From Thermoflexus hugenholtzii JAD2 (GTDB taxonomy: Bacteria > Chloroflexota > UBA11872 > UBA12225), in contig CAMDTO010000001.1 in NCBI GenBank assembly GCA_945907765.1, forward strand, positions 28,083 through 92,082: a stretch of 64,000 nucleotides of DNA. Direction: 5' to 3'. The translations under genes and the position numbers were made by a program. Shown in pieces: positions 20,246 through 28,432 of the stretch (position 1 is the first letter of the stretch; the number at the start of each line of letters is the position of its first letter). Under the pieces are notes generated by a model. The model was not told the origin of the DNA. It did not search any database and worked only from the letters and a program-made list of their open reading frames with translations.

Positions 20246-20938
20246 ATGTTTTTTGACCCGATGTACTTCGTTTTCGCGATGCCCGCGTTCCTGTTCGCGA
20301 TGTACGCCCAATGGAAGGTGAATTCCACTTTCCGGAAGTACCAGAACGTCAACAGTTCGGGTGGGTTCACTGGTGAACAGATTGCCCGTCGATTGTTGGA
20401 CGCCGAGGGCCTGTATGGGGTGACCATCGAGGCGACACCGGGGGAACTCACTGACCATTACGACCCGAGTGCCAAGGTCGTGCGCCTGTCCGAGTCAACG
20501 ATGTACCGCACTTCTGTGGCGGCGGTCGGTGTGGTGGCACATGAAGTGGGGCACGCCATTCAGGATGCGACAGGCTATGCGCCGATGCGCCTGAGGACGA
20601 ACCTTGTGCCAGTCGCCGGCCTTGGCAGTTCACTGGGGTACATCCTGTTCTTCGCTGGAATGTTTCTCAATTTCTTCAATTTGTCGCTCATCGGATTGCT
20701 GCTCTTCAGCGGGGCTGCAGTCTTCGCGGCGGTCACGCTGCCGGTCGAGTTCAACGCGAGCAACCGGGCTATGCGCCTTCTGGTTGACAATGGCCTGGTG
20801 ACTTCCCAAGACGCCGACCTTGCACGGAAGGTACTTGACGCCGCCGCGCTCACGTATGTGGCCGGACTGGCACAAGCCCTGTCCCAGGTGCTGTACTACG
20901 CGATGATGCTTTCGGGAATGCGGCGACGCGACGACTGA
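20246..20938 (+). CDS. Membrane zinc metallopeptidase (YugP family)
   Basis: 'LTDHYDP', 'AHEVGHAIQ', 'TLPVEFNAS', 'AALTYVA'; GGAGG SD. Confidence 0.92.
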   Translation: MFFDPMYFVFAMPAFLFAMYAQWKVNSTFRKYQNVNSSGGFTGEQIARRLLDAEGLYGVTIEATPGELTDHYDPSAKVVRLSESTMYRTSVAAVGVVAHEVGHAIQDATGYAPMRLRTNLVPVAGLGSSLGYILFFAGMFLNFFNLSLIGLLLFSGAAVFAAVTLPVEFNASNRAMRLLVDNGLVTSQDADLARKVLDAAALTYVAGLAQALSQVLYYAMMLSGMRRRDD

Positions 20939-20942
20939 CCTA

Positions 20943-22079
20943 ATGATTGCCCCAACCACTTCGACGCCTACACCGGCGGCCACGCCAGTGGCACTTGCCC
21001 CAATCACTGACCTCACGTTGACCTCCCTGCGGCAGGTTGTGACTGAGCTGGGCTACCCTGAATATCGTGGCGACCAGATTGCGGCTTGGGTCTATCGGTC
21101 CCAGATTGGTTCATTCGGCGAGATGTCGAACTTGCCGAAGTCCCTCAGGCAGGCGCTGGCTGATCGGTTCAGGTTCGGAGCGCTTGCTCTTGAGGCCGAA
21201 TTCGTCTCCTCCGATGGGGAGACGAGAAAAGCCGCCTTGAGGCTTGTCGATGGCGACCTGATCGAAAGCGTTCTCATGCGCTACCCGACCCGGGATGACG
21301 GAACCGGTGCCGAGAGGTCGACCGTCTGCGTGAGTACGCAGGTTGGATGCCCGGTCAAGTGCGCCTTCTGTGCGACCGGCCTGATGGGTTTCACGCGGAA
21401 CCTAGGCACTGGCGAGATCATGGATCAGGCACTGCACTTTCTCCGCTGGAGCCGCGCCGTGCCCCCGACCGTCCGCAATGTGGTGTTCATGGGAATGGGC
21501 GAACCATTGATCAACTACGACGCAACGATGGGCGCCGTGGCATTACTCGTGGATGCGGTGGGCCTCGGAGTGCACCGCCTTACGGTTTCGACGGCTGGTT
21601 GGCTGCCCGGCATGTCCCGTCTCATCGAGGACAAGTACGCGGTTCGATTGGCCGTCTCACTGCATTCGCCCGATGATGCGTTGCGCACGACCTTGGTGCC
21701 GCTGAACAAGCGGTTTCCCTTGGCAACGCTGCTTGAAGCGTGCTGGGAGTACCAGGCACGGACGGGACGCCGGGTGACGTTCGAGTACACGCTCCTCGAT
21801 GGCGTAAATGACACGCCTGCCCTTGCGCGCGACCTTGTTGCACTCGTGCGCCGTCATGACGTTCACATCAATCTCATCCCGATGAACCCGGTTGCGTACC
21901 TGCCTTTTGGAGCGTCGAGGCCGGAAGCGGTCGAGGAGTTCCACCGCATCGTTCGTGAATCGGGTGTCATTTGCACCGTCCGGCGTGAGATGGGGCGTGA
22001 CATCCGGGCGGCGTGCGGACAATTGCGAACCGAACTGCAGGGACGCGAACCGGTGCGTGCCAGTACCGTGACCGCCTGA
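20943..22079 (+). CDS. rlmN: 23S rRNA A2503 C2-methyltransferase (radical SAM)
   Basis: 'CVSTQVGCPVKCAFC', 'MGMGEP', 'SLHSP', 'AACGQL'. Confidence 0.95.
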   Translation: MIAPTTSTPTPAATPVALAPITDLTLTSLRQVVTELGYPEYRGDQIAAWVYRSQIGSFGEMSNLPKSLRQALADRFRFGALALEAEFVSSDGETRKAALRLVDGDLIESVLMRYPTRDDGTGAERSTVCVSTQVGCPVKCAFCATGLMGFTRNLGTGEIMDQALHFLRWSRAVPPTVRNVVFMGMGEPLINYDATMGAVALLVDAVGLGVHRLTVSTAGWLPGMSRLIEDKYAVRLAVSLHSPDDALRTTLVPLNKRFPLATLLEACWEYQARTGRRVTFEYTLLDGVNDTPALARDLVALVRRHDVHINLIPMNPVAYLPFGASRPEAVEEFHRIVRESGVICTVRREMGRDIRAACGQLRTELQGREPVRASTVTA

Positions 22080-22085
22080 CAAGCC

Positions 22086-22766
22086 GTGCGTGTCCAGATA
22101 GCGCCATCGGTCTACGCTTCACCGCTTCTGCGTGTTGGCGAGGCGCTCGATGCGGTTGAGGCGGCCGGTGTGGACGCATTGCATCTGGACGTGATGGACG
22201 GGCACTTCGTGCCGGCAATATCGTTCGGGGTGCTGTTTGTGCGGGAAATCAGGGCGCGAACATCCCTACCGCTCGACGTGCACCTGATGGTGGCGCAACC
22301 CGAGAACCTTCTGGATGAACTGGCTGCCATCGGTGTCCGTGGTGTGACAGTTCACGCCGAGGCCTTTGCTGCGCGCCCGGATGGGTCCCGGGAACTCGGG
22401 GAGGTCTTGCGAACAATCCGTGGCGCCGGGATGCGTGCCGGTATCGCGCTACAGCCAGGCACATCGGACACGGTATTCGATGTGTTCGAGGCCGACATCG
22501 ACGATTTGCTGGTCATGACTGTCGAACCGGGCGCGTCGGGCCAGTCGTTCCGTTTGGATCAGATAGAAAAGATTCGGCGGGTCAGCGCGCGGGCAAGGAT
22601 ATCCGGGATCCAAGTGGCAGTTGACGGTGGGATAAATCCCGAAACTGGTGCGGCCTGCGTCGCTGCCGGTGCAAGGTACCTCGTGGTCGGCAGCGCGCTG
22701 TTCTCCGGTGGGCTCGACGGTATCGCGTCAGCCGTGTCGCGAATGCGGGGAGCGGTTCAAACCTGA
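22086..22766 (+). CDS. rpe: Ribulose-phosphate 3-epimerase
   Basis: 'IAPS', 'HLDVMDGHFVP', 'DVHLM', 'MTVEPG', 'VDGGI'. Confidence 0.93.
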   Translation: MRVQIAPSVYASPLLRVGEALDAVEAAGVDALHLDVMDGHFVPAISFGVLFVREIRARTSLPLDVHLMVAQPENLLDELAAIGVRGVTVHAEAFAARPDGSRELGEVLRTIRGAGMRAGIALQPGTSDTVFDVFEADIDDLLVMTVEPGASGQSFRLDQIEKIRRVSARARISGIQVAVDGGINPETGAACVAAGARYLVVGSALFSGGLDGIASAVSRMRGAVQT

Positions 22767-22886
22767 GTAAGGCCCGCTCAGGGTGTGGCAACACAGTTCC
22801 AAAAGAGAAACCCCGCTGACGCTCCACGCTCAGAGCCCAAGTTGCCGGCGGGGCCTCGTTTCTGGCGAGAAACGGCGCAATTCAGG

Positions 22887-23096
22887 TCAGGACGTCTTGG
22901 CGAGGGTCCGCAGGCAACGCGTGCAGATATCCAGGCGGATGGCATGCCCGGCGAGTGTGATCGTGGCGCGTCGCACATTTGCCTTGAAGGTGCGGTTCTT
23001 CTTTGGGGCGCGCTTGGCCCACGCGGCGGAAACGTTGCTCGAGATGGTGCGTCCGTGGGAAGTACCCTTGTTGCACACGTCACATGTAGTAGCCAC
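22887..23096 (-). CDS. rpmB: 50S ribosomal protein L28
   Basis: 'CDVCNK', 'RTFKANV', 'CTRCLRT'; divergent from fakA as usual; GAGGT SD. Confidence 0.92.
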   Translation of the reverse strand: MATTCDVCNKGTSHGRTISSNVSAAWAKRAPKKNRTFKANVRRATITLAGHAIRLDICTRCLRTLAKTS

Positions 23097-23349
23097 TGCT
23101 TGACCTCAATCCTGCGAGTTCTGTCAGCACTTCGCCGTGGGACGACCGGGTCAATCCGCTGACTGTGCTATCCTGACCGCCCGTCGTCCTAGGCCATTTG
23201 AGGCGCAGGTTTACTGATCGGGAAGGGCATCCGGCACGAAATCAGCGGACGCCGGCAATCCGGGGTGCCTGATCTATTTCCTTGAACTGTAGCATTCCAA
23301 TGGGGTCCGGCACGTCGGACACACGCCGGAAGATCCAGGGGTCACCACA

Positions 23350-25122
23350 ATGGCCGATTCCACACAACAGCCTGTGCCGTCGGTCGATGGCCACGATGGT
23401 GAGAATGATGGCGAGCGCTCACGGATTGACGGGGCGACTGTGCGTCACATGCTCGAGTTGGCTACCACGTGGCTTGAGCGGCACGTAAGCGTCGTAAACG
23501 CCCTGAATGTGTTCCCGGTTCCCGATGGGGATACCGGAACGAACATGCACCTGACGATGCGGGCGGCCGTCGAGGCGGTTCGCCGGGTCGCGGATGAGGG
23601 CGCAGGTGCGGTAGTCCGGGCGGCGGCCCAAGGGGCAGTGTTTGGCGCCCGTGGTAATTCCGGGGTGATCCTTTCGCAAATCGTGGCCGGGCTCTCACGC
23701 GGCGTAGGGGACACCCGGTCGATTTCAAGTGCCGAGCTTGCCCGGGCACTAGCCGAGGGTGCGTCGAACGCCTACCGGGCAGTGACCCGACCGGTCGAAG
23801 GCACAATCCTGACGGTCGCGCGGGCTGCGGGCGATGCTGCGATCGAGTGCGTGACCCAGGCGAGAGAGAACGTATCGACCGTGTTGGGCGCAGCGATGGC
23901 GGGAGCACACCGCGCCGTGCAGGCAACCCCACTCCAGTTACCGATATTGAAGCAGGCTGGGGTGGTGGATGCCGGAGGGGAGGGATACCGCCTGATCCTT
24001 GAGGGGATGGGGTTTGCCCTGCGCGGTGAGGCCTTGCCTGCGGCAGGTGAAATGCCCCTGCCCCTACATGCGGTCCAGATGGAGGCGGATGACGGGACGA
24101 TTTCGCCCGAGGATGATCCGCTTGCGGGCGAGTGGGGGTATTGCACGCAATTCGTGATCGTGGCCAACGATGGTGAGGACCTCTCAGTCCAGACGGTGCG
24201 TGACGACTTGCAAGTCCTTGCCGTGTCGACGATGGTGGTGGGCGGTGACGGGTTCGTCAGAATTCACGGTCACACCGAGGATCCAGGTTCACTTCTCACG
24301 CGAGCGGTTCAGTACGGGCGCGTTCAGCGGATCTCGATCGAGGACATGGATGCTCAAGCCGAACGGTGGCGCATGGCTGCCGGTAGGGTGGGCGATCGAT
24401 CCAAGGGGGAGATGTCCGGGGAAACGGCTGATTTGGACGCACCGCTGGCAGATGTGGCAATCATCGCGATTGCGCCCGGGGAAGGGTTCGCGTCGGTATT
24501 CCGTAGTCTCGGGGCATCCGAGGTCGTTCTGGGTGGCCAGACGATGAACCCCAGCGCGCAGGAAATCCTTGACGCCGCACGCCGCGCACACGCCCGCACC
24601 GTCATTGTGCTTCCGAACAACGGGAACGTCGTCTTGACGGCGAAGCAAGCTTCGTCGGTGGCGGCGGGATCCCTCGGGGCCGACCGAAGCATCTTGGTTG
24701 TCGGGTCACGGACGGTCCCCCAAGGCATCGGGGCGATGATGGCGATGACCTTCGGCGCTGACCCTGAGGCGATAGTCTCTGCGATGACCGGTGCGCTGAC
24801 ATCCGTAAGGACCGTTGAGGTCACCCGCGCCACTCGGGATGTCTTGCTCAATGGAGTGGATGTCCGGGTTGGTGACGTGCTTGGCCTTGTTGATGATGAC
24901 GTCGTGGCTGCCGGCACCGACATTGACGATGTGGCAACCCGTTCCCTTGAACAGGCCGGGGCGCAGACCGCGGAACTGCTGACCATATACCGGGGTGCAG
25001 AGGTCAGTGACACCGATGCGTCGCGCTTCGCGGCTGCGGTGCAGTCGCGTTTCCCAGGGTTGGCTGTTGAATCGATGATGGGGGGGCAACCCCACTACGA
25101 CTTCATCATTTCGGTGGAGTGA
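23350..25122 (+). CDS. fakA: DAK2-domain fatty acid kinase subunit (YloV/FakA)
   Basis: 'NALNVFPVPDGDTGTNM', 'GARGNSGVILSQ', 'PVEGTILTV', 'GYCTQF', 'GGQTMNPS', 'GGQPHY'. Confidence 0.92.
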   Translation: MADSTQQPVPSVDGHDGENDGERSRIDGATVRHMLELATTWLERHVSVVNALNVFPVPDGDTGTNMHLTMRAAVEAVRRVADEGAGAVVRAAAQGAVFGARGNSGVILSQIVAGLSRGVGDTRSISSAELARALAEGASNAYRAVTRPVEGTILTVARAAGDAAIECVTQARENVSTVLGAAMAGAHRAVQATPLQLPILKQAGVVDAGGEGYRLILEGMGFALRGEALPAAGEMPLPLHAVQMEADDGTISPEDDPLAGEWGYCTQFVIVANDGEDLSVQTVRDDLQVLAVSTMVVGGDGFVRIHGHTEDPGSLLTRAVQYGRVQRISIEDMDAQAERWRMAAGRVGDRSKGEMSGETADLDAPLADVAIIAIAPGEGFASVFRSLGASEVVLGGQTMNPSAQEILDAARRAHARTVIVLPNNGNVVLTAKQASSVAAGSLGADRSILVVGSRTVPQGIGAMMAMTFGADPEAIVSAMTGALTSVRTVEVTRATRDVLLNGVDVRVGDVLGLVDDDVVAAGTDIDDVATRSLEQAGAQTAELLTIYRGAEVSDTDASRFAAAVQSRFPGLAVESMMGGQPHYDFIISVE

Positions 25123-25123
25123 C

Positions 25124-27583
25124 GTGGTCCGGGCTACGGCCGGTGCGACTCGGGCGCAACGTATTTTCATGTACGAGCGGGAACTTGGGTTCACCAATCG
25201 GGCGGTAGTCGGTGGTCTCGAGGTATTCACTTCACGAGTTGAGCCGGGGGTTGCCTGGGCGGACGAGGTGCGCCGGATCCTGTCCGGGTACGCGCGCGGT
25301 GATGTCCGGGCGCGTCAAGCGATGATCGAACAGGCCTTGGCCGTGGTTTCCGGGGCGTCAAGTGAGACCGTGCCGGTGTGGGTGCCGTCGCTCCCCGGGC
25401 GACTGGCCCCGTCTCCAAGAGGGGGCAGGGATGCCCGCGGACCAGCCAACGCCGTGCCGGAGAGGGCGCCGGCGCTTCCGGGACCACGCAACCGTCCGGT
25501 CGTGACCGAAGGGTCGGGTGCCGGAACACCACTTTTGCCGCTTTCGCCGGTTTCGGCCTTGCCCGGAGTTGGAGCGAAAACCGTGGAGGGGTTTGCCCGC
25601 CTCGGCATCAATTCGGTTCTGGACCTTCTCTATCACCTGCCCCGCCGCCATCTTGACCGACGCAGTCTGACGCCGTTGGCAAATCTCCAGTCGGGCCAGA
25701 TCGCAACCGCGATGGTGACGGTCGTGTCGGTGAATGTCAAGAACCCCGCACGGCGTGGCCTTACGATCACCGAGGCGCTGGTGAGGGACGAGACCGGGTA
25801 CGCGCATGCGGTCTGGTTCAACCAGCAGTACATGTTGCGGCGGTTGGGAAACCCTGGTCAGTTCTTGCTGAGCGGCCGGGTCGAGCAACAGGCGGGCGGC
25901 GCGATGCAGTTCACGTCCCCGGAATTGGAGACCGATCTCGAGGACTCGTTGCACGCGGGTCGCCTCGTTCCGTTCTACGCGAAGACCGAGGGGATCACCG
26001 ACAAGCAGCTACGTACGGTAGTCCGCAAGGCCCTTGACCTCACCGGTCCGGCGTTGCGCGATGCCTTGCCCGTGCAAGTCCGAACGCAGGAGAACCTGCT
26101 GCCGTTCGTGACTGCGCTTGAGAGTGCGCACTTTCCCGACAGTTGGGAGCGCCACGCCGAGGCGGTCCGGCGCCTTGCGTTCGATGAGTTCCTCATCATC
26201 CAGTTGGGAGTTCTGCGCCGGAAGCACGATTGGCAGACTTCGAACCCGGGCCTGGCGTTCGTCATTCCTGAAGCGACGATTGATGAGTTCGCAAGCGGGC
26301 TGCCCTACACGTTGACTGGCGCGCAGTCGCGCGTCACTGCAGAAATATACGGTGACCTGGTGCGTCCGGTCGCGATGAGCCGGTTGTTGCAGGGTGAGGT
26401 CGGGTCGGGGAAGACCGCGGTGGCGGCCGCCGCGTGCCTGGCGGCGGTGCGGGCGGGCTACCAGGTTGCGTTCATGGCACCCACCGACATCCTGGCTCAT
26501 CAGCATGAGCGAAGCGTGGCCGCGACACTTGGTCCGCTAGGTGTCCGGGTGGCGAGGATGACCGGCAGCCAGAAGCGCAAGGAGAAGCGGGAGATCTGGA
26601 CGGCGTGCGCGTCTGGCGAGATTGACGTGTTGATCGGCACCCATGCGCTTCTGGACGAGGACGAAGGGTTCCACCGTCTTGGCTTGGCAATTGTCGATGA
26701 ACAGCACCGCTTCGGGGTGCGTCAGCGGAGTGCATTGTTGGCGAAGGGCGCAAATCCACACCTTCTGGTGATGACTGCAACGCCGATTCCGAGGACTCTT
26801 GCGCTGTCTGTGTACGGAGACCTGGATCTTTCAATCATCAATGAGTTGCCTCCCGGACGCCAACCGATCAAGACCGCGATGATCCCGCCGGAGAAGCGGA
26901 TGGAGGCCTACACCTTCCTGCGCAAGCAGGTAAGGCAAGGTCGCCAGGGGTTCATCATCTTCCCGCTGGTCGAGGAGTCGGAGCGGATTGAGGCACGTGC
27001 CGCAACGGCAGAACATGAGCGCTTGCAACGCCAGTTCCCCGACTTGCGCTTGGCATTGGTGCATGGTCGCCTGTCCCCGCGCGAGAAGGATGACGTGATG
27101 TCGCGGTTCCGTGACGGGCACGCTGATGTGCTCGTCGCGACGGCCGTCGTCGAAGTGGGCATTGACGTGCCGAACGCTTCGACGATCCTGATCGAAGGTG
27201 CTGACCGGTTCGGACTAGCGCAATTGCACCAATTCCGTGGGCGGGTCGGCCGCGGTCCCCACGCGAGTTTCTGTCTTCTCCTCACGGAAACAGCCGCAGA
27301 ACCGACACTGGCGCGCCTGCGGGCGCTCGAGCGGACAAGTGACGGGTTCGTCCTCGCCGAGGAGGACCTGAAAATGCGTGGCCCCGGGGAGTTTTTCGGC
27401 ACCAGGCAAAGCGGGGTGCCCGACCTCAAGGTGGCGCGGTTGTCGGACGTGCATGTTCTTGAGGCGGCGCGCAGGCAGGCGGGATTGATACTTGGGCGCG
27501 ACCAGACGCTCTCGTTGCCCGAACACGCCCGCTTGCGAGGCCAGGTTGAGGCCTATTGGAACCGGTCCGTCGCTGCCGGATAG
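25124..27583 (+). CDS. recG: ATP-dependent DNA helicase RecG
   Basis: 'RLLQGEVGSGKT', 'DEQHRFG', 'MTATPIPRTL', 'QLHQFRGRVGR', 'RGPGEFFG'. Confidence 0.97.
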   Translation: MVRATAGATRAQRIFMYERELGFTNRAVVGGLEVFTSRVEPGVAWADEVRRILSGYARGDVRARQAMIEQALAVVSGASSETVPVWVPSLPGRLAPSPRGGRDARGPANAVPERAPALPGPRNRPVVTEGSGAGTPLLPLSPVSALPGVGAKTVEGFARLGINSVLDLLYHLPRRHLDRRSLTPLANLQSGQIATAMVTVVSVNVKNPARRGLTITEALVRDETGYAHAVWFNQQYMLRRLGNPGQFLLSGRVEQQAGGAMQFTSPELETDLEDSLHAGRLVPFYAKTEGITDKQLRTVVRKALDLTGPALRDALPVQVRTQENLLPFVTALESAHFPDSWERHAEAVRRLAFDEFLIIQLGVLRRKHDWQTSNPGLAFVIPEATIDEFASGLPYTLTGAQSRVTAEIYGDLVRPVAMSRLLQGEVGSGKTAVAAAACLAAVRAGYQVAFMAPTDILAHQHERSVAATLGPLGVRVARMTGSQKRKEKREIWTACASGEIDVLIGTHALLDEDEGFHRLGLAIVDEQHRFGVRQRSALLAKGANPHLLVMTATPIPRTLALSVYGDLDLSIINELPPGRQPIKTAMIPPEKRMEAYTFLRKQVRQGRQGFIIFPLVEESERIEARAATAEHERLQRQFPDLRLALVHGRLSPREKDDVMSRFRDGHADVLVATAVVEVGIDVPNASTILIEGADRFGLAQLHQFRGRVGRGPHASFCLLLTETAAEPTLARLRALERTSDGFVLAEEDLKMRGPGEFFGTRQSGVPDLKVARLSDVHVLEAARRQAGLILGRDQTLSLPEHARLRGQVEAYWNRSVAAG

Positions 27584-27634
27584 GTTTTCCCGAACGGAGA
27601 TGCGGGCAGGGATTCCCGCAGACCAGGAGCGGCG

Positions 27635-28204
27635 ATGCGGGTGATTGCGGGTGAATGTGGTGGCCTTGCGTTGGTTGCCCCCCGGAGTTCGCAGACACGT
27701 CCCACCACTGACAAGGTGAAAGGGGCGATTTTCGGGATGCTTGGCGACCGGGGTGCGTTCGGTCGCGTCCTCGATATATTTGCTGGTTGCGGTGGCCTCG
27801 GGATTGAGGCGCTCAGCCGTGGTGCCGACTGGTGCGACTTTGTTGACCGCGCGCCAGATGCGGTGGAGGCAATTTTGAAGAACCTTGCCCACACAAGGCT
27901 GGCTTCCCAGGCACGCGTCCACCGTTCAGAGGTCGCCCGATTTCTTTCGTTGGTGCGCGAGCCTTTCGACCTGATCCTCTGTGACCCACCCTATGGGCTG
28001 GAAGAGTTACCCGGCATTTTGGCGCGCGTCGCGCATCCGGCCATCACCCGCGATGGGGCGACCGTTGTTGTTGAATATGGCCGACGGGACGAGGTCCCCG
28101 TGGTCATCGGACGATTGCGTCGCGACCGGGTTCGCGTCCATGGTGATACGGCGGTAGCAATCTACGACGTGGTTGATGGGCCACTGCCGGACCGAGCGGA
28201 GTAG
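27635..28204 (+). CDS. rsmD: 16S rRNA m2G966 methyltransferase
   Basis: 'MRVIAG', 'TRPTTDKVK', 'LDIFAGCGGLGIEALSRG', 'DPPY'. Confidence 0.95.
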   Translation: MRVIAGECGGLALVAPRSSQTRPTTDKVKGAIFGMLGDRGAFGRVLDIFAGCGGLGIEALSRGADWCDFVDRAPDAVEAILKNLAHTRLASQARVHRSEVARFLSLVREPFDLILCDPPYGLEELPGILARVAHPAITRDGATVVVEYGRRDEVPVVIGRLRRDRVRVHGDTAVAIYDVVDGPLPDRAE

Positions 28205-28432
28205 GTCGGGGCGGTTTCCACGGCAGTGTGGAGGATATTGCGAAGTCTCACGAAATGCACCAACGATCCGTTCCACCCTCCATCATGGCGGGCTGGCCAA
28301 GCCAGTCGTGCAACGTCGCCATCCCATTTGCGTTCGGTTATTGGGTGACCATAAAGCGGCCGCGCCTTTTCCGGGCATTTTCGTCCGGTTGGAGGAGTGT
28401 GGTTGAGACCCACCCTGGCGAAGGGACACTCG

